From Myxococcota bacterium (GTDB taxonomy: Bacteria > Myxococcota_A > Polyangia > Polyangiales > Houyiibacteriaceae), in contig JAHDCI010000001.1 in NCBI GenBank assembly GCA_020629955.1, forward strand, positions 11,646-75,645: a DNA stretch of 64,000 bases, read 5' to 3'. Shown in pieces: positions 7,948 to 17,393 of the stretch; position 1 is the stretch's first letter; each line of letters opens with the position of its first letter. Under the pieces are notes generated by a model. The model did not search any database. It was not told where the DNA came from and worked only from the letters and a program-made list of their open reading frames with translations. Made by a program: the position numbers and the translations under genes.

Positions 7948-9732
7948 ATGCACGACCTCTCACCTCGTCTACCCATTATGAGCTTGAGTTCCCCAATGCT
8001 TCGTTCCCTTCTTTGTGCATCCCTTGTTCTTGCGATGGCGTGTGGCGGCTCGCCCCGGCGCGTGCGCCCCAACGGACAAGGGCAACAAATCACTGGTCCT
8101 GTCGGCGGGACCCAAGTCACGGGTCCCTCTGCTCCGACGGGCGCTGTGGGCACCCCGCGTGAACGCCTTGAGCGTGTCGAAGCCTTCATGACCCAAAACG
8201 GCTACAACCGAGTGGGCCCCGCGATTCACAACAACAACGCGATGCAGGGTTCGTTGATCGCCTACGCTGTCGATCCCCAGCCGGGCAACTGCTACGTCGC
8301 CGTGGCCGTCGCTACAGAGCAAACCGATCTCAATCTCTTTGTTCTCGACCCAGCGGGCCAAGGCCTCAACCACGACGTCCTCGCGAATGAAAGCCCTTGG
8401 GTGCAGGTCTGTCCAACGACCCCTGGGCGTCATATCGTGCGCCTTCAGATGCTGCGTGGAAACGGTGAATTCTACTACGCGCTCTACCAGGGGCCGCAGG
8501 GTAGCTCACCTCAACTCGCGTCCGTGCTGAGCGGGGGAAGCCCCGCCGCCATCAACGAAGCGCCTGTGGCCCAAATGGCCGAAATCGACGCAGAAACCCA
8601 GGGACGCCTGATCCAGATGGACGAGGCGCTGAGCCGGTCGCGATATCGTCGCGTCGGCGAGCCGGAAGGGATGATTCGCGCCGCAAACGAAGACTATATT
8701 CGCGAGCTTAATCTACAGCAGGGCGTTTGCTACGCCTTTGCGTCGCTCGGCGGTCCGGGCACGCGAGACACGGATTTGACGCTTCGCAATCAGCAAGGCG
8801 AGACCTTGGAACAGGACCGCGGCACGGACATCGATGGCCGGATTCAGTTTTGCCCAACGCAGGGCGGACGCTACTCGCTCGTTGCCAACCTCTACAGCGG
8901 AAATGGACCGGTCTTCGTGGCGGGCTGGGTACAGGAAGCCCAGTCGGCGCAGCCCCAAAACAACAATGGTCAGGTGATGGGCAATACCTCCGAGGGAGAG
9001 ACCGTCGATCAGCGCTATGCGCTTACGGATGCCGATATGCAGGCGCGCGGCTACGAGAGCTACGGAGAGCCCGTACGCGGCAGCCTCGGCTCCGGCCAAA
9101 ACCGTGAGTTCCCAATCGAACTCGAAGGTGGCAAGTGCTACGCGATCGTCGCGATTGGTGCGAGCTCCGTACGCAACGTCGACCTCGCACTGCATCAGGG
9201 GAACCGTTACCTCGACCGCGAGGTCGCCACGGACTCCCGCGCCATCGTGCGCGTCTGTGCGGAAGACACCGGCACATACTCGATGCAGATGACAATGGCC
9301 GAAGGGGAAGGCGCATTCATCTATCACGCCTACCGATGGCCACGCGGAACCCGCGGTCCCTTCGGGCTCGCCGGCCTCATCTACGTTCGGCTCGGAGAGG
9401 TCTCCGGGCTCCTCGGGGTGGATGGCTACGAACCCGATCTGAACATCGACCCAGATCGCGGGAGCCTCCGCCGCGAGGGGATGAGCGCGTCCCATCGTGT
9501 GCCTCTCCAGCAAGGGCAGTGCGTCGCGATCGCCGTCGTCGGCGGCGATGGTGTCCAGGATCTGAATGCGCAGCTCTCCCGTGGCGGTCAGCTCGTCGCC
9601 GGCGATGACTCGCGCAACGCCTCTCCGACCATTCGATACTGCGCGGAGGCGGCGGGCAACTACGACCTCCAGGTACAGGCCGCGGCCGGACAGGGAGACT
9701 ACTTCTATCAGGTCTTCTCCCGAGGACAGTAG
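7948..9732 (+). CDS. Secreted lipoprotein built of four tandem beta-sandwich-like repeats of about 120-130 aa (pre-peptidase C-terminal/PPC-like pattern)
   Basis: It has a signal peptide and lipobox (LVLAMAC GGS). Four internal repeats each contain G-x-C-(Y/V)-x-(V/F/I)-(A/V)...D(L/T)(N/D)L...(V/F/Y)C....G.Y pairs: GNCYVAVAVA, GVCYAFASLG, GKCYAIVAIG, GQCVAIAVVG. Confidence 0.7.
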   Translation: MHDLSPRLPIMSLSSPMLRSLLCASLVLAMACGGSPRRVRPNGQGQQITGPVGGTQVTGPSAPTGAVGTPRERLERVEAFMTQNGYNRVGPAIHNNNAMQGSLIAYAVDPQPGNCYVAVAVATEQTDLNLFVLDPAGQGLNHDVLANESPWVQVCPTTPGRHIVRLQMLRGNGEFYYALYQGPQGSSPQLASVLSGGSPAAINEAPVAQMAEIDAETQGRLIQMDEALSRSRYRRVGEPEGMIRAANEDYIRELNLQQGVCYAFASLGGPGTRDTDLTLRNQQGETLEQDRGTDIDGRIQFCPTQGGRYSLVANLYSGNGPVFVAGWVQEAQSAQPQNNNGQVMGNTSEGETVDQRYALTDADMQARGYESYGEPVRGSLGSGQNREFPIELEGGKCYAIVAIGASSVRNVDLALHQGNRYLDREVATDSRAIVRVCAEDTGTYSMQMTMAEGEGAFIYHAYRWPRGTRGPFGLAGLIYVRLGEVSGLLGVDGYEPDLNIDPDRGSLRREGMSASHRVPLQQGQCVAIAVVGGDGVQDLNAQLSRGGQLVAGDDSRNASPTIRYCAEAAGNYDLQVQAAAGQGDYFYQVFSRGQ

Positions 9733-9892
9733 CAGGCTGGCGAAAAACGTCCGAAACCGCTTCGCGGCATTTTCACGCACTCAAACGCCATCCAATTTTC
9801 GCCAGGTATGTGGAATACGAGTCCAAAAATCGGACGCATCTGCGTACGCCAAAATCCAACGAATCACAATCGGCCCTTTTTCACCACCCTGC
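9732..9892 (+). mobile_element. MITE-like 161-bp element with terminal inverted repeats, copy 1
   Basis: The 5' end GCAGGCTGGCGAAAAACGTCCGAA matches the reverse complement of the 3' end GCAGGGTGGTGAAAAAGGGCCGAT at 19/24 positions. TA dinucleotides flank both ends (9730-9731 and 9893-9894). Homologous copies lie at 29454-29609 (-) and 63151-63311 (+). Confidence 0.6.
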
Positions 9893-10139
9893 TAGGCTCG
9901 GAACCCGTCTCTTTCGCGTTTTCGCGCCCCGGCACCAGTCATGGTTCGGGCGCGCGGCAACGCTATGATTTTACTTCACTTTCATCTATCATCGAAGCAC
10001 CTCGCACCTCTTCGCGAGGGTGTGATTACTGGACATCGACCAAGACCGACCCCAATTGGGTAGATAAGCCTGAGCTCGGAGAAATCCGCCGACCGATCGG
10101 CGCTCTCTCCTCCCGCGAAGGCCCGATCAAGGAACACGA

Positions 10140-10463
10140 ATGAAGCACGTTATTGAGCACGACCTCGATATGGAAACCGCGAAGCTCGCGGCCGATAAAG
10201 CGTACGAATCTTACCGGGAGCGCTTCGCGAAATATCAGCCCACCGCAAACTGGGCCAGCGATCGGCACTGCGATGTCACCTTCACCGTGAAGGGTGTGAC
10301 GCTCGAGGGCAGCATCGATCTCGAGCCGAACAAGGTTCTCATGGACCTCGACGTTCCGCTCCTCTTTCGCCCATTCAAAAAGCTCGCGATGGGCATCGTT
10401 CAGGAAGAGATCGACACGTGGCTCCAAAAGGCGCGCCGCGGAGAACTGAAGGCCGAGGAGTAG
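10140..10463 (+). CDS. Small protein resembling the putative polyhydroxyalkanoic-acid system family (PHA_gran_rgn-like)
   Basis: It is 107 aa. The pattern (I/V)EH.L..E.A...A.K..E.Y..RF....P...W..D...V.F.V.G....G.I.L....V.MDL.VP.L..PFK is as I recall it for that family. It has an AAGGAA RBS. Confidence 0.45.
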   Translation: MKHVIEHDLDMETAKLAADKAYESYRERFAKYQPTANWASDRHCDVTFTVKGVTLEGSIDLEPNKVLMDLDVPLLFRPFKKLAMGIVQEEIDTWLQKARRGELKAEE

Positions 10464-10494
10464 AGGGTTCCGAGAGCCTTAAAGCAATGAACGA

Positions 10495-10518
10495 AGCCGG
10501 CGATACGCCGGCTTTTTT
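10495..10518 (+). terminator. Rho-independent terminator
   Basis: A perfect 8-bp stem AGCCGGCG-ATA-CGCCGGCT is followed by a T6 run. Confidence 0.7.
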
Positions 10519-10561
10519 CGTTTCGCTCCTCGCCCACCAGATGGTGTCGTCGCTCAAGCTT

Positions 10562-11695
10562 CTATCGAGCGAAGGTCATCCGGAATTCGAGGGTTCGCGG
10601 CGGAGGCGGAGGAAGACGCCAGCCTCGGCTCCGCTGCGTCAAACAATTCGCGATGCCAGAATCCCCGGTCGTGTTTCGCGCGGGCCGCGCCGACGCGATG
10701 CGGCCATCCTCATGGAGAACAAACGCCATCACAATACTTCCACTGAGACCGGGAACGCGCGCGTCCGCTTGATCGAAACAAGTCTGAACGTCGCCCACAT
10801 AGCGAGTCGCCACCAGGCGGCGCGCGGAGCTCGCATACATCACTCCCGTCTGTGACGAGCCGACGCCGCCAGCAGGGGGCACGGTCGGTGCCGGCGGAGG
10901 TTCACTCGTCGGCTCCGGTGCGGGGCGCCCTTGCCAAGGGGGAGGAGGCGCGCTCGGCTCGGGTGCGGGGCGCTGAGCCGGCTGCAGCGGGGGAGAAGGT
11001 TCGACCCCTTGGGGCCGCGTGGGTCGTGGGCTCACCTGCCGCCGGGAAGTCATTCGCGTGGGGCGCATGGAAGAGACCCGTGGCTCCTGAATTTCCGTGG
11101 GGGAAGGCTCCTGAACATCCTCCGAAGATGTATCGTCAGCGCCCGGCGGAACCACTCCTTCGGGCAGGACCGATTGCTCTTCTCTTGCTGGGAGTTCGTG
11201 CATCGCTTCATGTTCTGCCGCCGGCGCGATCTCGCCGATCATCACCGGCGCCCCAGGCTCCGCATTCCCCACGACCCTAGGTTCGGCCTCCGAGAGAAAC
11301 CACATTCCGGCGGCACCAAGCGCGACGAGCCCCGCCGCGGCGAGGCCCATCCACGTGTAGACCTTTTTCGCACTCGTAATGCCTGCCATCGCCATCGTGC
11401 GATTGCCGACAGCACGCGACGAACGAACGGCGACCATCTGCTGAGACATCCTCGCGGCACGCGCAGGATCCGCGAACTCCTCGACCGGCCCAATCCCCAA
11501 GGGTGAGGGCTGAGGCCGTATCGTTTTGGTATGCGCGATGAGTCCGCTCCCGCACTGTCCACAAAAGCGCGCGTAGCCAGGATTCTCCGTGCCGCAACAA
11601 TCACATCTCACGCCTGTTATCATGCCCGTCTTTGAACGCCCCGTCACTACAGGTGTCCCGCGGCCGCCGCGTTGCCCTTCAGCCCAGTTCCTCAT
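10562..11695 (-). CDS. Zinc-ribbon / TM / Pro-rich / TonB-C-like (AgmX/PglI C-terminal domain) envelope protein, GltJ/AgmX-like architecture
   Basis: It has an N-terminal CDCCGTENPGYARFCGQCG zinc ribbon, one TM helix (WMGLAAAGLVALGAAGMWFL), a Pro-rich spacer, and a C-terminal two-Cys domain (VQTCF...GSIVMAFVLHEDGRI...IANCL...WRLPPPP). The start is ambiguous: the ATG at 11695 has GAGGAA-N9 upstream, and the alternative ATG is at 11623. Confidence 0.75.
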   Translation of the reverse strand: MRNWAEGQRGGRGTPVVTGRSKTGMITGVRCDCCGTENPGYARFCGQCGSGLIAHTKTIRPQPSPLGIGPVEEFADPARAARMSQQMVAVRSSRAVGNRTMAMAGITSAKKVYTWMGLAAAGLVALGAAGMWFLSEAEPRVVGNAEPGAPVMIGEIAPAAEHEAMHELPAREEQSVLPEGVVPPGADDTSSEDVQEPSPTEIQEPRVSSMRPTRMTSRRQVSPRPTRPQGVEPSPPLQPAQRPAPEPSAPPPPWQGRPAPEPTSEPPPAPTVPPAGGVGSSQTGVMYASSARRLVATRYVGDVQTCFDQADARVPGLSGSIVMAFVLHEDGRIASARPARNTTGDSGIANCLTQRSRGWRLPPPPPRTLEFRMTFAR

Positions 11696-11769
11696 CGAGG
11701 GCAGTTCCTCATCGAGGGCAGTTCCTCATCGAGGGCAGTTCCTCATCGAGGGCAGCTCCTCATCGAGCG
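11685..11769. repeat. 17-bp tandem repeat x5 (CAGTTCCTCATCGAGGG; the last unit is degenerate)
   Basis: Direct reading shows units starting at 11685, 11702, 11719, 11736 and 11753. Each unit contains the small inverted repeat CCTC-ATC-GAGG. Confidence 0.9.
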
Positions 11770-11840
11770 CGGTTCTCATCCAGCCCACGTTCTGATCCAG
11801 CGGGGCTTCGCGTCCTCGTGCTATTCTGTCCCCACTTGAG

Positions 11841-12662
11841 ATGGGATGGTCGAGTACAGCGAAGTGGCCGAGTCGAGGGTCCGAAGACGGTCCCTTTCGA
11901 TCGGACGGGCTGATCGCAGAAACGAAGCGATTCCGGCCAGTCCGCGCCGGAGGAAGCGGTTACTTTAAACCCACTCGGATTGCACTCTCAGAGCGCTGTC
12001 TATTTGCCGAAGTCCAGAACGAAATCCGCATGGTCGAGCGCCACCGCGTGAGCGGGTTCGCAACGCATCGGGGCTTCGTCTGGATTGCAATCACGGATGC
12101 AGAGTTCCTGCTAGTTCCCGCGCGATCCACCAAGCGATTTCAGAAGGCCTTAGGCCAGCCGAGTGAGGCGTCCAATACCGAGCCCGCCGGCGCAATCTGG
12201 ATTCTACTCGGATTGCTTGCGATGGCCGGAGGCGTGGCGTGGAGAATCTTCGCGGACACTCAAGGCCTCGGGTCGGCGATCGCCCAGTTGCTACTCTGCC
12301 TAAGTCTTCCGATCGCCCTGCTCTTTCAACCCCGGTGGTCAAGCTATTCGAGATGGGGCGTGCTGTCCTATCGAGGAATCCTCCGTGGGGACCCGCTCGC
12401 GATCCCTCGCTCGGAGATACGAAGCATCACGCAACAAGCGGAGGTCGACCGAGTAAACGTGCCGATTTACCTCGTCAAAACGAAGCAGGGGCAGACCGTT
12501 CTCGGACTCGGAACCCGCAAAGACCTCCTCGATCCAAGTCTCGAAACACTGGGAGAAAAGGCGGCAAAGGTTCTGGATGTCCCCTTCACGCCCTCGTTCT
12601 CCCCGCGCCCCGATCCCCCGTCGAACGTTCACCGCGACATCCACACCGACATCCATCGGTGA
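11841..12662 (+). CDS. Hypothetical membrane protein (two central TM helices)
   Basis: The long ORF has coding-like composition. The TM segments are AGAIWILLGLLAMAGGVAWRIF and AIAQLLLCLSLPIALLF. I recognised no motif, and the start is uncertain. Confidence 0.5.
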   Translation: MGWSSTAKWPSRGSEDGPFRSDGLIAETKRFRPVRAGGSGYFKPTRIALSERCLFAEVQNEIRMVERHRVSGFATHRGFVWIAITDAEFLLVPARSTKRFQKALGQPSEASNTEPAGAIWILLGLLAMAGGVAWRIFADTQGLGSAIAQLLLCLSLPIALLFQPRWSSYSRWGVLSYRGILRGDPLAIPRSEIRSITQQAEVDRVNVPIYLVKTKQGQTVLGLGTRKDLLDPSLETLGEKAAKVLDVPFTPSFSPRPDPPSNVHRDIHTDIHR

Positions 12663-12771
12663 CCGCGCGGATAGCGGGCTCACGTCCTCGCGAACCCGGG
12701 TCATTTTCACACTGCGAGCGCTGGCACAGCCCCATCTTGACCGGCGGGCGAAATAGTGAAGGCTGCTCTGC

Positions 12772-15700
12772 ATGTCCGACCAAAGTCCGGCCTCTCCCTT
12801 TTCCATTTCCGACCTGAAGGCGGCGCTCGACAGAAGAATCCTTCTGCTCGACGGCGCAATGGGGACGATGGTTCAACGCGCGAAGTTGACCGAAGCGGAT
12901 TTCCGCGGAGAGCGATTCACGGCGCACCATAAAGATCTCAAGGGCAATAACGACTTGCTCGTTCTCACGCGGCCCGACGTCATCACAGACGTGCATCGTC
13001 AATACCTCGCGGCCGGCGCAGATATCATCGAGACAAACACCTTCAGCGCAACGACGATCGCGCAGGAAGACTACGACCTCTCACATATCGCCCGTGAGTT
13101 GAATGTCGAAGCTGCGCGGGTCGCGCGTGCGGCGGCAGACGCCTACTCGACCAAAGACCGTCCACGCTTCGTCGCTGGCGCGATCGGGCCGCTCAACAAG
13201 ACCCTCTCGCTCTCGCCCGATGTCGAAGACCCAGGGTACCGCGCAGTGACTTTCGAGGAGGTCAAGACCGCATACCGCGAGCAGCTCGAAGGGCTCCTCG
13301 AAGGGGGCGTCGACCTTTTCCTCGTCGAGACGATTTTCGACACGCTGAACGCGAAAGCAGCGCTCGTCGCCATCGACGAGCTTGCCCAAGAGACCGGCCG
13401 GCAGATCCCGACGATGATCTCCGTGACGATCACCGACCGCAGTGGCCGAACCCTCAGCGGACAGACGGTCGAGGCGTTCTTCTACGCCGTCGAGCACGCA
13501 CGTCCGCTCAGCGTGGGCATCAACTGTGCGCTTGGCGCCGAAGAGATGCGCCCCTTCCTCAACGACCTCTGCAAGGTCGCGAGCACCTACGTCAGCTGCT
13601 ACCCGAACGCCGGTCTTCCAAACGCGTTCGGAGAGTACGACCAAGACCCGAGTACGATGGGTAAGCTCCTCGGAGAGTTCGCTCAGGACGGCATGCTGAA
13701 CATCGTCGGCGGCTGCTGCGGGACGACGCCCGACCACATTCAGGCCATCGCAGAATCGGTCAAAGAAGCGAAGCCGCACTTGCCGGCCAAGAAGAGCACG
13801 AACACGCGTCTTTCCGGACTCGAGCCGCTCGAGCTCACCAAATCGAGCGGCTTCCAGATGGTTGGCGAACGTACGAACGTCACGGGCTCTCGAAAGTTCA
13901 TGCGCCTCATCAAGGATGGCAAGCTGCAGGATGCTCTCGTCGTCGCGACCCAGCAGGTCCGCGGCGGCGCGAATATCATCGATATCAATATGGACGAGGG
14001 CATGCTCGATAGTGTCGAGCTGATGGGGAAGTTCCTCGACCTCATCGCTTCGGAGCCTGAAGTCGCCCGCGTTCCCATCATGGTCGATAGCTCCAAGTGG
14101 GAGGTTCTCCTCGAAGGGCTAAAGCATATCCAGGGCAAGGCCGTCGTGAACTCGATCAGCCTCAAAGAAGGCGAAGAAGAGTTCCTCGACAAGGCGCGCC
14201 AGCTCCGCCGTTTTGGCGCCGCGGCCGTCGTGATGGCCTTCGACGAAGACGGGCAGGCCGATACCCTCGAGCGACGTGTTCAGATCTGTAGCCGAGCCTA
14301 CAAGCTGCTCACGGAAGAAGCCGGTTGGGACCCGAGCGATATTATCTTCGACCCGAACGTCTTTGCCGTCGCGACCGGTATCGAAGAGCACGACCGCTAC
14401 GGGCTCGATTTCATCGAAGCCACACGTCAGATCAAAGCAGCATGCCCCGGCGCGAAGATCAGCGGCGGCGTGTCGAACCTAAGCTTCTCTTTCCGCGGCA
14501 ATAACGTTGTCCGTGAAGCGATGCATGCCGCCTTCCTCTACCGCGCGATCGATGCCGGCATGGACATGGGCATCGTCAACGCGGGACAGCTCGCCGTGTA
14601 CGAAGAGATCCCGGAAGCGCTGCTCGAGCATGTTGAGGACGTACTTCTCTGCCGGCGCGAAGACGCGACTGAGCGCCTTGTCGCGTTTGCCGAGACGGTC
14701 AAAGGCAAAGGCAAAAAGCGCGTCGAAGATCTCAGCTGGCGGGAAGCCTCCGTCGAAGATCGAATCGCGCATGCGCTCGTCCGCGGCGTTGTCGACTTCA
14801 TCGTCGAAGATACAGAAGAGGCGCGCCAGAAGCTTGGCCGCCCGCTGAATGTGATCGACGGTCCGCTCATGGACGGCATGGCGATCGTTGGCGACCTCTT
14901 CGGCGCCGGAAAGATGTTCCTTCCCCAGGTCGTCAAGAGCGCGCGCGTGATGAAGAAAGCCGTCGCCCATCTCGAGCCGTTTATGGACGCGGAGAAGGAC
15001 GAGAGCGCGGCCAGCCAAGGCAAAGTCTTGCTCGCGACGGTCAAAGGCGACGTGCACGATATCGGGAAAAACATCGTCGGCGTCGTGCTCGGCTGCAACG
15101 GCTATGAGGTCATCGACCTCGGTGTCATGGTCCCGCAGGAAAAGATCCTCCGGCGCGCTCAAGAAGAGAAGGTCGACGCCATTGGTCTTTCGGGGCTGAT
15201 CACGCCATCTCTCGACGAGATGGTCAGCGTCGCCAATGAGATGCAGCGCCGCGGGATGAAGATGCCGCTCCTTATTGGTGGAGCGACGACGAGCCGGCAG
15301 CATACGGCCGTGAAAGTCGCCCCCGAATACGAAGGCGCCACGGTGCATGTCCTCGATGCCTCGCGCGTTGTAAACGTCATGAATGCGCTCCTCGACGAGG
15401 AACGCGTCGGCCCCTACATCGAGGCGGAACGTGAAAAACAGGACCGTCTGCGGCGTCTCTTCGAAACGCAGCAAACCCGCGAAATGCTGCCACTCTCGAT
15501 TGCACAAGAGAGCGGTCTCGAGACCGAATGGGAGCGTGTGAAGTTCCACGCCCCGGAAGGCCTCGGCGACAAAGGCTGGACTCGCGAAATCGTCGAGGAT
15601 GTCACGATCGAGACGCTCCGCCCCTTTATCGATTGGACGATGTTTTTCTCCGCCTGGGAGCTTCGCGGAAAGTTCCCGAAGATCCTCGAACACCCGAAAG

Positions 15701-16476
15701 TCGGCGAAGCGGCCCGGGAGCTTTATCGGGACGGTCTGGCAATGCTCGATCGCTTGCAGAACGAATCGCTTATTAGCCCGCGTGGCGTGATCGCCTTCTG
15801 GCCTGCCAATCGCGAGGGCGACGATATCGTTCTCTTTAAGGATGATTCTCGCAGGGAAGAACGCGCACGTTTCCACACGCTCCGGCAGCAGCAGGTCAAG
15901 CGCGGCGATAGCCCCTACTACGCTCTCTCCGATTTTGTCGCGCCGCGTGGCTACGCAGATCATATCGGCGGTTTCTGCGTCACCGCAGGTACGGAGACCG
16001 CCGGCATCGTGGAGGCCTACAAAGCCGAAGGCGATGATTACAACGCGATTCTCGTCGAGGCACTCGCGGATCGACTCGCGGAAGCCTTTGCGGAATACCT
16101 CCACCTTCGGGCGCGAAAGCGGTGGTACGCGAAAGACGAGAGCCTCGATAGCGAAGAACTCATTCGCGAGCGGTATCGCGGCATTCGGCCGGCATTCGGT
16201 TACCCCGCATGTCCCGAGCATAGCGAGAAGGGCACGCTCTTCTCGCTCTTGGGCGCCGAGGAGATCGGCGTGGAGCTCACCGAGAGCTTTGCGATGAGCC
16301 CTTCGGCGAGCGTAAGCGGCATCTACCTTGGACACCCCGAGGCGCGTTACTTCGCGGTGGGCAAGCTCGATGAGGACCAGGTCCTCGACTACGCGGAGCG
16401 TAAGGGCTGGAGCCGCGAAGAAGCCGAACGCTGGCTCGGACCGAACTTGAACTACACTCCGAAGCGGTCGTCATGA
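12772..16476 (+). CDS. metH: Cobalamin-dependent methionine synthase
   Basis: It is 1234 aa with full modular order. The Hcy-binding module shows LLDGAMGT and GGCCGTTP. The pterin-binding module follows, then the B12-binding module with [10 protein letters not shown], and the AdoMet activation domain with [15 protein letters not shown]. Confidence 0.97.
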   Translation: MSDQSPASPFSISDLKAALDRRILLLDGAMGTMVQRAKLTEADFRGERFTAHHKDLKGNNDLLVLTRPDVITDVHRQYLAAGADIIETNTFSATTIAQEDYDLSHIARELNVEAARVARAAADAYSTKDRPRFVAGAIGPLNKTLSLSPDVEDPGYRAVTFEEVKTAYREQLEGLLEGGVDLFLVETIFDTLNAKAALVAIDELAQETGRQIPTMISVTITDRSGRTLSGQTVEAFFYAVEHARPLSVGINCALGAEEMRPFLNDLCKVASTYVSCYPNAGLPNAFGEYDQDPSTMGKLLGEFAQDGMLNIVGGCCGTTPDHIQAIAESVKEAKPHLPAKKSTNTRLSGLEPLELTKSSGFQMVGERTNVTGSRKFMRLIKDGKLQDALVVATQQVRGGANIIDINMDEGMLDSVELMGKFLDLIASEPEVARVPIMVDSSKWEVLLEGLKHIQGKAVVNSISLKEGEEEFLDKARQLRRFGAAAVVMAFDEDGQADTLERRVQICSRAYKLLTEEAGWDPSDIIFDPNVFAVATGIEEHDRYGLDFIEATRQIKAACPGAKISGGVSNLSFSFRGNNVVREAMHAAFLYRAIDAGMDMGIVNAGQLAVYEEIPEALLEHVEDVLLCRREDATERLVAFAETVKGKGKKRVEDLSWREASVEDRIAHALVRGVVDFIVEDTEEARQKLGRPLNVIDGPLMDGMAIVGDLFGAGKMFLPQVVKSARVMKKAVAHLEPFMDAEKDESAASQGKVLLATVKGDVHDIGKNIVGVVLGCNGYEVIDLGVMVPQEKILRRAQEEKVDAIGLSGLITPSLDEMVSVANEMQRRGMKMPLLIGGATTSRQHTAVKVAPEYEGATVHVLDASRVVNVMNALLDEERVGPYIEAEREKQDRLRRLFETQQTREMLPLSIAQESGLETEWERVKFHAPEGLGDKGWTREIVEDVTIETLRPFIDWTMFFSAWELRGKFPKILEHPKVGEAARELYRDGLAMLDRLQNESLISPRGVIAFWPANREGDDIVLFKDDSRREERARFHTLRQQQVKRGDSPYYALSDFVAPRGYADHIGGFCVTAGTETAGIVEAYKAEGDDYNAILVEALADRLAEAFAEYLHLRARKRWYAKDESLDSEELIRERYRGIRPAFGYPACPEHSEKGTLFSLLGAEEIGVELTESFAMSPSASVSGIYLGHPEARYFAVGKLDEDQVLDYAERKGWSREEAERWLGPNLNYTPKRSS

Positions 16477-17300
16477 ATCAAGCGCTCGCCGCCACCTATA
16501 TCGCCACGCTGATCGTCATTGGTCTTGGCAGCGTCGCGTTCGGAATCTTCTACGCGAAGAAGCACACCCTTCCACTTCGGACGCTCTGGCTCGGGTTCTT
16601 CACGTATATCATCGCGGAGGTTCTTCGGATCGGTGCCCAGACCGGGCTCAAGTACGCCTTCGCCCAGGAATGGCTGGAACAACCCGCACGTGACAACGTC
16701 ACAACCTTCGCGGTGGTCGTCGGCGCATGGGTCGCGGCGCTCGCCCAAGAGCCGGTTCGCCATCGCGCACTCACGGATTATATCCCGCCCGAAGAGCGAA
16801 CCATCTCGAGCGGTATCCTGCAGGGTCTCGGGCACGGCGGAATGCAGCTTCTCTTCTTCGCCTTGCTGGCAGGTGGCCTGGTGAAGCTCGCGTTCGACGG
16901 CTACGGCCTCAGCTCCGAAGAGCTTGTTTCCCAGCTTGGCATCGCTCCTTCGGATTCCAACGCGATCGCGATCAAGATCGACGTTTGGTGGAATCAGCCC
17001 TGGTGGAGCCCCCTACTCGAGCTTTTGCAGCAATTTTGTATGCTCGTGCTCCATGTCGGCCTCTCCGCATGGATGATGTCTCGAATCATCCACGGAAAGC
17101 ACTGGGTCGCAACGATCGTCGCTGCCATCGTCCTTCATGCGATCGCCGAGGCCCCCGTAGTTTATGTTGCGGAGAGCGCTTTGGACCAGTCGACCAATAT
17201 CGGCTTACACCTCGTCCCCTTGGCGATCGGCGCGGCTCTTCTGTGGGTAGGGCGGAGGGCCAAGGCGGCGCCCGTTCGCGCGACCGGCGAAGAAGAATAG
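16473..17300 (+). CDS. Polytopic membrane protein, possibly a YhfC-family intramembrane metalloprotease
   Basis: It has about 7 predicted TM helices, and its start overlaps the metH stop (ATGA). The GLGHGGMQ and HVGLS / HAIAE motifs resemble the YhfC pattern, though only weakly. Confidence 0.5.
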   Translation: MNQALAATYIATLIVIGLGSVAFGIFYAKKHTLPLRTLWLGFFTYIIAEVLRIGAQTGLKYAFAQEWLEQPARDNVTTFAVVVGAWVAALAQEPVRHRALTDYIPPEERTISSGILQGLGHGGMQLLFFALLAGGLVKLAFDGYGLSSEELVSQLGIAPSDSNAIAIKIDVWWNQPWWSPLLELLQQFCMLVLHVGLSAWMMSRIIHGKHWVATIVAAIVLHAIAEAPVVYVAESALDQSTNIGLHLVPLAIGAALLWVGRRAKAAPVRATGEEE

Positions 17301-17393
17301 CACGCGACACATAAGCGGCCGCCTCGGGCTAGTGCGGGCATCAGATCGATGGAAGAGGGCCCTTCTAGCGATTTGAACCACGCACTAGGTTCT

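Noticed and set aside
9732-9892. A possible conserved small protein encoded by the repeat element (translations such as VKNVRNRFAVFSRTQTPS appear in all three copies).
   Set aside because: Copies 1 and 3 have no start codon inside the element. Nearly every nucleotide difference between those two copies changes the amino acid. In copy 2 the 3' half is read in a different frame. The conservation is at the nucleotide and TIR level, so the element is treated as non-coding.
11685-11769. The possibility that the 17-bp array, or the 18-nt array at 38873-38980, is a CRISPR array.
   Set aside because: The repeats are directly abutting with no spacers and are far shorter than CRISPR repeats. No cas genes are present. 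The second array is an in-frame coding repeat.
12663-12771. A possible riboswitch (cobalamin, SAM or SAH) in the metH leader.
   Set aside because: The leader is only about 110 nt. I could not find the B12-box or the conserved SAH/SAM-II core sequences by eye. An Infernal/Rfam scan would be needed to rule it in.
14479-16335. A 618-aa ORF on the minus strand, inside metH.
   Set aside because: It is entirely antisense to the unmistakable metH reading frame. Its Arg/Ala/Leu-rich composition and lack of motifs are typical of spurious long antisense ORFs in high-GC DNA. The same applies to 13081..13779 and 14538..15098.
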